29,087 nt of DNA from Verrucomicrobiales bacterium (GCA_031411295.1 JANOAV010000154.1:1-29087), one strand, 5' to 3'. Shown: positions 18,241 to 29,000, counted from the stretch's first letter. Notes: generated from the letters alone by a model not told the origin. Made by a program: numbers and translations.

Positions 18241-18431
18241 AAAAAAGACGAAAAAAATTTAAAACACCACCGTCCCACGGCCCTCAATGTTTTTCGGCAT
18301 CCTTTCGTTCTTTTCGGCAAATATTCAATCTCAGTGAGGCCATGGTTGACCGGGTTTCGTGGAGTGCAACGTTAGCCCAGCGCTGACCTCGGCATTTGAC
18401 AAGCGCAGTCTGAGGTTGCTCCTGTGTCCTT

Positions 18432-19241
18432 ATGCCTGAATTAGCCGAAGTCGAATTTTACCGCAAAATCTGGAGCCCAGCGTTGGGTAAGAAAATCGTG
18501 CGCGTCCACGTGCATCCCTCCGCCCGCGTCTTCCGGGGCGAGCCCGTGGCAGCGTTCGCGACTGCGCTGGAAGGCAGTATTTACAGGGATTCCACCACGC
18601 ATGGGAAAAACATGCTCTTCAAATTTTCCCGCTCCATCTGGCTGGGCGGTCACCTCGGAATGAGCGGGGAAATGAAGCTGGCAGCAGAGGATTATGCCCC
18701 CGGAAAGCACGACCATTTAGTCCTCTTCACTGCCAAACACGCGTTGATCCTGACAGACCCCAGAATGTTCGGCCGCTGGCGCATCCACCAGAGCAAACAA
18801 CCTCCGCCCTGGTGGTCAGACTTGCCGCCCGCCGTCCTCAGCGCAGAATTTACCACAGCCCGACTAACTGAAGCCCTGCAACGCCATGCCCGCCAACCAC
18901 TCAAGGCCTTGCTGCTGGACCAAACTTGGTTTCCCGGCATCGGCAATTGGATGGCGGATGAAATCCTGTGGCGACTGAAATGGCACCCGGCCAGAGTGGC
19001 AGGCGAAATCAAAAAAGCCGGAGTCACGCAACTGCTCAAAGCGGTGCAAGATATTAGCCGTTCCGCCCTGGAAATCATTGGCACTGACTGGTCGGACCCG
19101 CCGGCGGAAACGTGGCTCATCACCCATCGCTGGCGTGACGGAGGCTTCTGTCCCCGCTGTAAAGGCCCCCTGCATCGCGAAGACCTGCGTGGTCGCACCT
19201 GCTGCTGGTGTCCCAAGTGCCAGCGGGCAAAAGGGATCTAG
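18432..19241 (+). CDS. mutM: Fpg/Nei-family DNA glycosylase/AP lyase
   Basis: N-terminal MPELAEVE, HGKNM, HLGMSG, DPRMFG, H2TH motif LKALLLDQ...GIGNWMADE, and zinc finger CPRC...CPKCQ. May be a paralogue rather than the canonical mutM. Confidence 0.88.
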   Translation: MPELAEVEFYRKIWSPALGKKIVRVHVHPSARVFRGEPVAAFATALEGSIYRDSTTHGKNMLFKFSRSIWLGGHLGMSGEMKLAAEDYAPGKHDHLVLFTAKHALILTDPRMFGRWRIHQSKQPPPWWSDLPPAVLSAEFTTARLTEALQRHARQPLKALLLDQTWFPGIGNWMADEILWRLKWHPARVAGEIKKAGVTQLLKAVQDISRSALEIIGTDWSDPPAETWLITHRWRDGGFCPRCKGPLHREDLRGRTCCWCPKCQRAKGI

Positions 19242-19244
19242 GGC

Positions 19245-21026
19245 TCAGGGTTTTACTTCCCCCACGGTCACGGTGGCGGAGGGTCCGGCCGCCCCCTGTC
19301 CAAAACGCACCCGCATCCAGCGCTTTTTGTCGCTCGCTGATCCTGCGGTCCAGACCGTCCCATCTGCGTTTGGATTGGCTGCCACCCAGTCGATCAGATT
19401 CGTGGAAGTATAGACGATGGCGGTGATATTTGGATCCAGTCCCACGCGGGGTAAATTCATGGACAACGGTCCGCCAGCCTGCCGCTGGGCCGTGAGCGCA
19501 GAGTTCCGGACGGTGGGAGAAGTCCCCAGCCAATATTCCGCCACCGCGGGCAACCCATCGCCATCCTGGTCCGTTGAGAACGTGGCCGCCGCAGTGCCCT
19601 TGGCCGCAGACCAAAGGGAGTAAGCTTCGTAGAGGGTAACCGTAGCGCTGGTGGTGGACGAAGTGAGCGCACCATCCGAGACAGTCACCTCACACGTGAT
19701 AACATCCCCCGCCACGCCTGTGCTGCGGGGGATGGCGTCCATACGGCCACCATGGGTGATTGAACGCACCGCTGTGCCATTCTTTTTCCACACCCACTGG
19801 TAGCGCACCGCAGTGAAATCCGGATCCGCCACCAGGTTAGCCGTCGTGGCCTGACAGACCACCACCTCTCCGGGGGCATACGCGGATTTCTCGAAGCCGA
19901 TGGGCTGAGAAACCGGAGCCCGATTTGCCAGCGTGCCTGCCGCATTGACCGTAAATGGCACCGCTGCCACAACGCTGCCGTTGATCAGAAAATCCAATCG
20001 CCAGACTCCCTCCACGTTCAAATTCACCGTTCGTGACCACCACCACCACGAGGAGCGATATTCCGCACTCCACGTGTGCAAACCACTGTCATAGGGGGTG
20101 GAGCCATTGGGGCGGATGAAGCGGAATTGGCAGGTGGACCCGACTTTGGGACCGTTGATGAGCGAGATGGGAAGATAGATGACTTTACTGCCAGTCGTCC
20201 ACACCGCCTTGGTGCCAATCGGTTGCTTCCCGTCCCAAGTGGAAAGATCCACGTCTGTTAGAAAAATCCGCCGCAGCGCCACGGGAGCTGGAAAGACGGG
20301 CTGATTCAACCACAGGCTTTGACTGGGGCGGGAAGGACCGGTGAATGGCTCCACCACTCCTCCATCCACTTGCGTTTCGAAATGCAAATGGGGACCGCTG
20401 CTGTTGCCGCTGCTGCCGACTAAACCCAACTGCTGTCCGGCTTTCACGACTTGATTGAGGGTGACGAGCACACTGTTTTTTCGTAAATGCCAATACCACG
20501 AGTAATGGTTATTGCCGTGATTCAGGATCACATAATTTCCGGGGGCAGAGTTGTTGACCACCTGGCGATCATACTCGCCATCATGCACACTGCTCACCGT
20601 GCCGTCGAGCGCGGCAAAGACTGGCACCCCCAGATCCTGTTCCGTGAAACTAATTAGATCAATATCATGCCCTCCGTGACCATCATACGTGGCCCCTCCT
20701 CCAAAGACATCCAGAATGGCGGAGGCCGCAGGATTCAGATCCACCAAATTATTGATCCCCAAGTCATTTCCCAAGATCCCGCCCATGGGCAGAAACGGAT
20801 AGCGTTGCAGCACGGTGCCGGGAGCTTTAATCACAGGCGGATTCACTCCCGCAAGTGGCCGCAGCGACTGCTTCGCCAATGGTTCTGTGGCCAGGCAATT
20901 ACAGGCAGGTTGTGACGCCCCACCACCATCCGGATCCTGTGCCAGAGCGGATCCAACCGCGCCCGGGGACAATGCCATAGCAGCCCACATGGTGGGAATA
21001 CGGATAGATTTCACAACTAGATTCAT
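19245..21026 (-). CDS. Exported M23-family metallopeptidase with Ig-like domains and C-terminal domain
   Basis: Zinc ligands HGGHD (HxxxD) and GPHLHFE; YWHLRKNS..V...Q.V..GQ.LG.VG.SG; signal-like N-terminus; DQDGDG and TSTNLIDW near the C-terminus. Start 21026 chosen because the longer ORF overlaps the next gene. Confidence 0.85.
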   Translation of the reverse strand: MNLVVKSIRIPTMWAAMALSPGAVGSALAQDPDGGGASQPACNCLATEPLAKQSLRPLAGVNPPVIKAPGTVLQRYPFLPMGGILGNDLGINNLVDLNPAASAILDVFGGGATYDGHGGHDIDLISFTEQDLGVPVFAALDGTVSSVHDGEYDRQVVNNSAPGNYVILNHGNNHYSWYWHLRKNSVLVTLNQVVKAGQQLGLVGSSGNSSGPHLHFETQVDGGVVEPFTGPSRPSQSLWLNQPVFPAPVALRRIFLTDVDLSTWDGKQPIGTKAVWTTGSKVIYLPISLINGPKVGSTCQFRFIRPNGSTPYDSGLHTWSAEYRSSWWWWSRTVNLNVEGVWRLDFLINGSVVAAVPFTVNAAGTLANRAPVSQPIGFEKSAYAPGEVVVCQATTANLVADPDFTAVRYQWVWKKNGTAVRSITHGGRMDAIPRSTGVAGDVITCEVTVSDGALTSSTTSATVTLYEAYSLWSAAKGTAAATFSTDQDGDGLPAVAEYWLGTSPTVRNSALTAQRQAGGPLSMNLPRVGLDPNITAIVYTSTNLIDWVAANPNADGTVWTAGSASDKKRWMRVRFGQGAAGPSATVTVGEVKP

Positions 21027-21185
21027 GGGCTTATTATTACGCCAAAGTGGCGTTTGTGAAGTGAATTTCTTCAGCCCAGCATTCCAGCCATTCCAGCCAG
21101 ATCCTGGCACGTGATGGTAGTCGAGGCTGAGTGCATGCGAGCTTCCAGCTGGACTGGCTAGCGAGGGGCCGGGAGGATCGTGCTG

Positions 21186-21212
21186 GTCATCACGCGGAGC
21201 GATGATGACTAC
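21186..21212 (-). repeat. Single REP-like palindrome (possibly a degenerate doublet from 21117)
   Basis: Minus strand reads GTAGTCATCATCGCTCCGCGTGATGAC: a GTAG tetranucleotide plus a hairpin. GTAGTC at 21117 complements GACTAC at 21207. Confidence 0.5.
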
Positions 21213-21329
21213 TTTGGACCTGCTTCCAGGGGAGCAAATTATTCCCTCCACGGTGCCGAAATCCGCAGTTCGGTTTCCCCGCGTTAGCGCGATTGCCAAC
21301 GCTCCCGGCACTTCGCACACTGCATCCCT

Positions 21330-22277
21330 ATGAAATGCTCCATCCTGCTCCTCCTCGGCCTGACTGTGACTTTGCGTGCCCAGTCCCCCATCGTGCTTCC
21401 ACTCTATAACAGTGCTCCGGCGGGTGGGGTGCCGCTCACTGAAGAGCCGGAGCATATCGTGCAGAAGCCGGGCGATCCTATTTCCCGAGTGGATCATGTG
21501 CGCCTGCCGGACATCAAAGTTTATCTCCCCGCAAAGGAAAAGGCCACGGGAGCGGCAGTGGTGATTTGTCCGGGCGGCGGATATGGCATTCTGGCCATTG
21601 ACCATGAGGGCAATGATATCGCCAAAGCGCTCAACGAAGTGGGCGTGGCTGGCATCGTTTGCAAATATCGCGTTTCCAGTAAGAAACCTGGACTGTATCT
21701 GTGGCCGATTCCGCTGCTGGACGCTCGCCAAGCCATGCGCCTCACGCGTCAGCATGCAGCGGAGTGGAATCTGGATCCCCAGAAAATCGGCGTCATGGGC
21801 TTCAGTGCCGGTGGACACTTGGCATCGTGCATTGCTGCCCTGGCGGAGGTTCCGCTGGCGGGCGAGGATGAAACGCTATTTAAAGCCAAGCAACACCACG
21901 CTAATTTTGCCGGACTCATCTATCCAGTGATCGCCATGGGCGAAGACTATGGTCATGCTGGCTCGAGGAAAAACCTGCTCGGCGCCAATCCGGACGCGCA
22001 GGCGCTAGACTGGTGCACCACCAACCGTCACGTCAGCAAGCAAACTCCGCCCTGCTTTCTCGTCAGCACGAGTGATGACTCGGGCGTGCCTTGTCGCAAC
22101 TCGATCGAGTTCTACCTCGCCATGCGCGCCAATGGTGTGAAAGGCGAACTGCATATCTGGGAAAAAGGTGGTCACGGCTACGGAATGATCCCCAGCAGAG
22201 GAGATGTGGCTGTGGAATGGATGCCGCGATTTCAAAAATGGTTGGTTGGCGTAGGGGGCACAGGAGTAACCAGATAA
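21330..22277 (+). CDS. Exported alpha/beta hydrolase (BD-FAE/acetyl xylan esterase-like carboxylesterase)
   Basis: Signal peptide; ICPGGGY oxyanion hole, nucleophile GFSAGGH, Asp region SDDSGV, and catalytic GGHGYG. Confidence 0.88.
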   Translation: MKCSILLLLGLTVTLRAQSPIVLPLYNSAPAGGVPLTEEPEHIVQKPGDPISRVDHVRLPDIKVYLPAKEKATGAAVVICPGGGYGILAIDHEGNDIAKALNEVGVAGIVCKYRVSSKKPGLYLWPIPLLDARQAMRLTRQHAAEWNLDPQKIGVMGFSAGGHLASCIAALAEVPLAGEDETLFKAKQHHANFAGLIYPVIAMGEDYGHAGSRKNLLGANPDAQALDWCTTNRHVSKQTPPCFLVSTSDDSGVPCRNSIEFYLAMRANGVKGELHIWEKGGHGYGMIPSRGDVAVEWMPRFQKWLVGVGGTGVTR

Positions 22278-22517
22278 GTCCCAGGTTATAATAAATATCA
22301 ATATTCTATCAGATCGGTTTTTCCCGGCTGAAACACCTCCAAATCATCGTTCTGTTCGGGAAAAGTGATTTTGGCGTGAAATGGTGCTTGCCACGCGTCT
22401 GCCAAAATGTTCAAAATCGGTCACCTATTGAAAAAAATCGTCCAATGTCTTTCTCGGCCCAACGCCACGGAAGAAAATTCAAAAAGCCAGCACGTTAAAT
22501 CCTCACCTCATCTAGCC

Positions 22518-25500
22518 ATGAAAATAAACCCCATCTTACTGCTCTTCCTACTCGGGGGGGCTGCGTCGGCCGCCCCCATCCCCCTGACAGGAAACACCAC
22601 CTATACTCAAAATTTTAATGCCTTGGCCGTGCCCACGGCTGCGGGAGACGCGGCCGCCGCGACAACTTGGACAGATGATGTCACGATTTCTGGTTGGTAT
22701 CTTTATCGGGCGGGGAACGGAGCTGCCGTTCCCGGCTTCGCAGGCACGAATTTTGCCTATCGCTATACCGACGGTTCCGCCGGACCCACCGTTGGGAATC
22801 TATATTCAATGGGGGTAGCCAGTAATCCAGACCGTGCCTTTGCGACACCATCAACGACTGCCGCTGGTGAGATGGCCGGAATTGCAGTGTTCCATAACAC
22901 GAGTGTCAAAGTCCTCGAGTTGACGAACTTAGCCTATAACGCAGAGGTTCTGCGGACGAATAATGGGGCAGCCAATACGGAATCAATCACCGTTTGGTAT
23001 AACAAGGCTGCAACCCAAGCAGCGCTTTTAACGCTGACGCAGGCCGCCACTACTGCAGCCGTGTATCCCACCACGAAGGAGACTGGCCCCAACGCCAATT
23101 ACATCACTGGCTGGACCCGGCTGAGCGAGATGGACTACACGTTGCCTGCACAGACTCCAGGGGTAGTCAATTTAACTACCCCAATCAGCGCAGCCCCAAC
23201 CACTGCGGTCCGGGTCAACCCAGGGGAGTTCTTTGCAGTGCGCTGGGGCAATGTTAACAGCGCCGGCACGGATGCGGACATGGGCATTGACGATGTCTCC
23301 CTCACCTTCGCTGAGGTGAACGTGGCCACGATCTCGGCCACTCCGGCCACTGCCATCGTGCGTAACGAGAATGGTCCAGGATTGGCTGACGACACCGTCA
23401 CCTTCAACACCACCGTAACCGGTGCAGGCGGCGGCCCGTCGTGGACCGCCACCGGAGCCACCCCCGCGGCTGGCGCTTTTGGGGCTGTTACCATGACGAT
23501 TCCTGCCCCGCTCCCGACTGGTTCTGTCAATGTGACCTTTGCAGATGTTAGCAATGGCGCTGTCACGGCCACTATTCCGGTGGCCATTCCGGCCCGTTAT
23601 GTGATTGGCCAAAAGGATTTCGGGGCTGGATTAGTTGACGTGAATACGGACATCACCATCGGTCAGCCAGCCGCTTGGATTAATGACCCAGCTCTGCGCA
23701 CCCTTGCGATGACCACAGGGGTGGCTGCCGATTCGATTGTGACTTCGGAGGCCATTGACCTCACCAGCGTCGGAGCAGTGGGCTTTAGTGCTAAATTCCG
23801 GATCCATGAAACGAGCACTGGGTCCAATTTGGAAGTTGGGGATAGGTTCAAGGCAGAACTCATCTACACCGTCGGTGGCACGCCCATCACGGTCAATCTG
23901 GTCAGCCAATGGGATACAGGCGCTGGTGGTGCCTCTACGGCTGCTCCAGGGACTCCAGGGGCGCCCAACGGCTACATCAATGGCTACACAGGGGCGGCGG
24001 GCACCGACTTTTTAAATGCGACAGTCTACGCGGCGGCGGCTGATGATTATAATGCGAACAAATCGCGGGATGAGTTTAATCAACAGTCACTAAACGCAGC
24101 AGACCTGCTGGATCATACTTTTGACTTGGCCGGCATCGTGCCAGCGAACGCTGACAGTGTTGTGCTTAAAGTCTATGGCGCAGGAATTGCAGGGTCCGAG
24201 TTCTTTGACGTCACTGATATCCTCTTTCAGCTATCCACCGTGCATAGTCTCTCAATTTCTGCGGCTTCAGGGTCAAGACGCGATCACCATAATACGGATA
24301 CCGCGACGGATGATACCTACTATGTTCCAGTTAACGTTTCTGTTAGTAACCCACCAGTCGCAAGCACTGGTTGGACTCAGGGAAATTCAGACATTAGCCC
24401 AGGCCTTGGTGCCTACTCCTTGCCTAACCCAGTTCGGTTTGAATCCCTCACCAACGCAGCTGCGACGTTAACTTTGACGGATAATTCTGTTCCGACAGTG
24501 ATTTCGAATACACTTTCCATGACGCCTCCCGCCGCTCCAACCTTGACGGCAACTGCCGCCACGATTACGCGGATCCCGAACGGTGCTGGCTTGGCAGACG
24601 ATACCGTTACTTTTGTCGCCACGATCACAGATACAGACGGCTCGCCTCACTTCGCCCTGACAGCTCCGTCCCCGATGACCGTGTCCGCTCCCTCCTATAC
24701 CCTGTCCACGACTGGGGCTACCGTAGTAACGGTCACCCTTTCCAATGTGCCGGATCATGGGAACGTGCTCATCGGGTGTTCGGACGTCGGCTACCCCGCT
24801 GCCGCTGCTACCATGACCATCGCCATTCCCAATGCGGCGGCTACGAATTATGTGATTGGACAAAAGAACCTAGGAGCAGGTCTGTCTGATGTTATTTCGA
24901 CCGGTGCGTTGCCAACGCAATGGTTCAACTATCCGGCCTCCCGTCTGTTGGAGATGAACACAAATGCCGACGCGCTGGATCGTGTAGTTACTGGGGAGGT
25001 CCTCGACCTCAGCACCGTTGGGGCGGTTAATTTCTCCGCTCATTTCCGGGCCCGTGACACTAGCCTAACTAGTAATTTCGAGACGGGGGATAAATTTAAG
25101 GCGGAATTGATCATTGTAGGTGGAGCCAGCGCAGGCACGGTTAACCTCATCACTCCATTCGATGAAGGCGACGGTGCTCCAGGAACAGGGGCTAACGGGG
25201 CTGCCAATGGCTACCTGAACGGTTACACCAGTTCGAGTGTGGCTGACTATGATACCTTCGTCCTGCGTGATGAACTCAACGGGGCGGGATCACCCGCTGC
25301 CACTCTGGTGAATCATGAATTTAACTTATCGCATGTCATTCCTGCTGACGCTGACAGCGTTCAGTTGGTCGTCACCGGCGCGGGCATCAACGGATCCGAA
25401 TTTTTCCAAGTCTATGACGTGCTCTTCACTACCAGCGCTGGCCCGGTTGATACCGACTTGGACGGCATGACAGACGCCTATGAAGACGCCAATGGACTGG

Positions 25501-25835
25501 ATAAGAATAACCCGGCCGACAAATTCCTCGACAAGGATGGCGATGGTCAGTCCAACTTCGCTGAGTTCTGTGCCGGCACGGGAGCCAACGATCCCGCCAG
25601 CAGCCTGAAGATCATCAGCATCGTTCCTGGAGTCGCAGCGGGCACGTATGATGTGACCTGGAGCAGCGTAGCGGGCAAGACTTACCAAGCGCAAGAATCA
25701 ACCGATCTGGGCGTGGCCGACGTTTGGGCCAATATTGGTGCAACTGTTGCTTCCGGTGGTGCGACCACAACGGTAAATATTCCCGTTGCCGGTGGCGGTC
25801 CGCTGCATTTCCTCCGGATCAAGACCGTCCCGTAA
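22518..25835 (+). CDS. Large exported Thr/Ala/Gly-rich surface protein with a ~290-aa internal duplication and C-terminal domain
   Basis: Signal peptide MKINPILLLFLLGGAASA; repeat units 23361-24227 and 24570-25427; DTDLDG and DKDGDG repeats; ESTDL...W...HFLRI at the C-terminus. Confidence 0.8.
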   Translation: MKINPILLLFLLGGAASAAPIPLTGNTTYTQNFNALAVPTAAGDAAAATTWTDDVTISGWYLYRAGNGAAVPGFAGTNFAYRYTDGSAGPTVGNLYSMGVASNPDRAFATPSTTAAGEMAGIAVFHNTSVKVLELTNLAYNAEVLRTNNGAANTESITVWYNKAATQAALLTLTQAATTAAVYPTTKETGPNANYITGWTRLSEMDYTLPAQTPGVVNLTTPISAAPTTAVRVNPGEFFAVRWGNVNSAGTDADMGIDDVSLTFAEVNVATISATPATAIVRNENGPGLADDTVTFNTTVTGAGGGPSWTATGATPAAGAFGAVTMTIPAPLPTGSVNVTFADVSNGAVTATIPVAIPARYVIGQKDFGAGLVDVNTDITIGQPAAWINDPALRTLAMTTGVAADSIVTSEAIDLTSVGAVGFSAKFRIHETSTGSNLEVGDRFKAELIYTVGGTPITVNLVSQWDTGAGGASTAAPGTPGAPNGYINGYTGAAGTDFLNATVYAAAADDYNANKSRDEFNQQSLNAADLLDHTFDLAGIVPANADSVVLKVYGAGIAGSEFFDVTDILFQLSTVHSLSISAASGSRRDHHNTDTATDDTYYVPVNVSVSNPPVASTGWTQGNSDISPGLGAYSLPNPVRFESLTNAAATLTLTDNSVPTVISNTLSMTPPAAPTLTATAATITRIPNGAGLADDTVTFVATITDTDGSPHFALTAPSPMTVSAPSYTLSTTGATVVTVTLSNVPDHGNVLIGCSDVGYPAAAATMTIAIPNAAATNYVIGQKNLGAGLSDVISTGALPTQWFNYPASRLLEMNTNADALDRVVTGEVLDLSTVGAVNFSAHFRARDTSLTSNFETGDKFKAELIIVGGASAGTVNLITPFDEGDGAPGTGANGAANGYLNGYTSSSVADYDTFVLRDELNGAGSPAATLVNHEFNLSHVIPADADSVQLVVTGAGINGSEFFQVYDVLFTTSAGPVDTDLDGMTDAYEDANGLDKNNPADKFLDKDGDGQSNFAEFCAGTGANDPASSLKIISIVPGVAAGTYDVTWSSVAGKTYQAQESTDLGVADVWANIGATVASGGATTTVNIPVAGGGPLHFLRIKTVP

Positions 25836-25854
25836 ACAGAGGTTCTCGTTAACG

Positions 25855-25892
25855 AAGCCGGATCGCCTACCCAGGCGGTCCGGCTTTTTTTT
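25855..25892 (+). terminator. Rho-independent terminator
   Basis: AAGCCGGATCGCCT-accc-AGGCGGTCCGGCTT stem ending in a run of 8 T, about 20 nt after the stop codon. Confidence 0.85.
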
Positions 25893-26083
25893 ACCAAAAT
25901 CAGCCCACGTTTCTTGGACAATTCCCCCTCTCCGCACCGCCTTCACTTCTTGCAAGCCGGGGCATTTCTTCGTTTGCCCTCTCGGATGTTCCTGTCATAG
26001 TGGCAGGCTCCTTCCCTCCTTTACTTTTCCTATTTCTTAACCTTTCCGCATCCCGGAGACCTTAATTTCCCCCATTACCGATC

Positions 26084-29000
26084 ATGATTCAGTGGATTCT
26101 ACGCAAGATTGTTGGCTCCAAAAACCAACGTGAGTTAAAGAAAATTTGGCCAATCGTGCGTCAGATCAACGAATTCGAAGCCAAGATGCAAAACGAGCCG
26201 GAATCCGCGCTGGTGGAGCGCACCCGGAAATGGCAGGCCGAACTGAAGGAGATGGATGGAGCGGAACAGGCGAAGTATCTGACGAAAATTCTGCCTGAGG
26301 CCTTCGCTGTTGTCAAAAATGGCGCACGGCGTTTACAGGGACGGGAGTTCATTGTTTGTGAACATCCGCTTAAGTGGGAAATGGTTCATTTCGATGTGCA
26401 ATTAATCGGCGGCTACTCGCTGCATACAGGGAAAATTGCGGAAATGGCCACCGGTGAAGGCAAAACGCTGGTCGCCACGCTGCCACTGTATTTAAATGGT
26501 CTGACCGGACGTGGGGTGCACCTGATCACGGTCAATGACTACCTGGCGCGGCGGGATTCCGAGTGGATGGGGCACTTACTAACTTATCTGGGGCTGACGG
26601 TGGGCTGTATTCAGAACGATATGCGCAGTGATGAGCGGCGGGAAAAATATGCCTGCGATATCACTTACGGCACCAACAGCGAGTTCGGGTTCGATTACCT
26701 GCGGGACAATGGCATGGCCACCACCAAGGACGAACAAGTCCAGCGGGGCTACTATTTCGCCATCGTGGATGAAGTGGACTCGGTGCTAATTGATGAAGCC
26801 CGAACTCCGTTGATCATTTCCGGTCCAGTCCAAGTGGACAATCACCAATATGATGTGTTCAAGCCATTCGTGGAGCAACTGGTGCGGCAACAAACTACCC
26901 TGGTGAATCAACTTGCTGGCGAAGCCAAGGCCTTTGGCGACAAGAAAGAATGGGAAGAAGTAGGCGAGCGTCTGTTCAAGCTCAAGATGGGCATGCCGCG
27001 CCATAAGTTGCTCCTGCGCATGATGGAAGATCCGGAATACCGCCGCTCCATGGAGAAGGCGGAACTCGTGTGCTATCAAGATCCGCAGAAGCGTCGCTTG
27101 TTTGCCCTCAAGGAGGAGTTGTTCTATCACATGGACGAGCGCAGCAATGAAGCTGACCTGAGCGAGAAAGGACGTTTGTTCCTCAACCCCAGCGATCCGG
27201 ACGCGTTCGTGCTGCCGGACTTGGCGACGCATTTTGCCGACATCGACAATGCTACCGACAAAACCCCGGAGCAAAAACTGAAGGCCAAGGAAGAGGTCCA
27301 GGCCGTGATGGATCAGCAGGCTGGCAAGCTCCATAACATTTCCCAATTACTGCGCGCCTACACCCTTTATGAAAAGGATCAGCACTATGTAGTGGAGGAC
27401 AACAAAGTGGTCATCGTCGATGAACACACCGGTCGGAAAATGCCGGGGCGGCGTTGGAGTGACGGCTTGCACCAAGCGGTCGAGGCCAAGGAAGGGGTGC
27501 AAATTGACCGGGAAACGCAGACGCTGGCGACGATTACCATTCAGAACTATTTCCGGCTCTATCAAAAGCTGGGCGGCATGACCGGCACGGCGGAAACCGA
27601 GGCGGCAGAGTTCAATGACATTTACAAGCTCGACGTCTTGGTCATCCCCACCAACCGCAAGGTGACCCGGAAGGACCACAACGACAAAATTTACAAAACC
27701 CGCCGCGAAAAATACAACGCTGTCATTACCTTCCTTCAGGAGCGCCATGCCACCGGCCAACCGATCCTAGTCGGCACGGCCAGTGTGGAAGCTTCTGAGA
27801 CCCTGAGTCGAATGATGAAGCGGGAAAAAATCCCGCACAGTGTGCTCAACGCCAAATATCACCGTCAGGAAGCGGACATCGTGGCGCAGGCTGGCCAGTT
27901 GGGACAGGTTACCGTTTCCACGAACATGGCAGGCCGGGGCACGGACATCAAGCTGGGCGCTGGCGTCCAAGAACTGGGCGGATTGCTCGTCTGCGGCACG
28001 GAACGCCACGAAGGTCGTCGCATCGACCGTCAGTTGCGGGGACGTTGCGCGCGTCAGGGCGATCCCGGGGAGACGATCTTTTTCCTCAGCTTCGAAGACC
28101 AATTGATGATGAATTTCGGAGCCGCCGAGCGGATGACCAAACTCATGGAACGCATGGGCTTGGAAGACGGGCAGGAGTTGGAGCACCCCTGGCTCAATCG
28201 CTCGATTGAAAGCGCCCAAAAGCGGGTCGAACAACGCAACTACACGCAACGGAAACGGACCCTGGAGTTCGACGACGTGATGAACAAACAGCGGATGGTC
28301 ATTTACGACTTCCGCAACGAAGTGCTCAACACGGACACCCCGGGTGAGATCATCACGGAAATCATTGATCAAGCGGTGCCCGAGCGCGTTAAAGGTTTCC
28401 TGGAAGTTCAGGATGGACAGCCTGACGTGGACGGGCTGCGCCTCTGGGTGGAAAGCACGTTCCCCATTTCCCTCTCCGCCGAGGAACTGCCGGAAGGGAT
28501 CAACGCCGATACCGCCGCCGAACTGGTGGTGCGCAAGGTGAAAGAGACCTACGCCCTGAAGCAGCAAGCGGAGGATTCTAACAATCAGGCTGAGCTTGAG
28601 CGTTACGTGCTGCTGGGAGCCATCGACCGCCTCTGGCAGGAACATCTCTATAGTATGGATGCGCTGCGGGACGGAGTGCATTTACGGTCCTTCGCGCAGA
28701 AGGATCCATTGATCGAATACAAGATGGAAGCCTATTCCCTCTTCAGTGCACTGATGTCTAACATCCGCGGAGAGATCCTCCAAAACCTCTTCCGGAGCAC
28801 CTCCAACATCCGCGCTTACGAGCAACTGCTGCATGAACTGATGAGCGGAGCTTCCGCCCAGCAGCAAGCGGCCGAGCGCCAAGGACCTCCCGTCTCCCTG
28901 GGCGGCGGCACGTTCACTGCCAGCAGCGGTGCCATGGGCTATGTGGCGCCAACACCGGCCGCGGAAGACCCCAATCGTCCCCGCATTCAACTGCCAGAGG

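Noticed and set aside
18390..18431. Sigma-70 promoter for the glycosylase (TTGACA present)
   Set aside because: There is no convincing -10 hexamer at the proper spacing.
21027..21818. N-terminal extension of the 857-aa ORF
   Set aside because: It overlaps the well-supported + strand esterase and a REP-like palindrome. The signal-like sequence begins near 21026.
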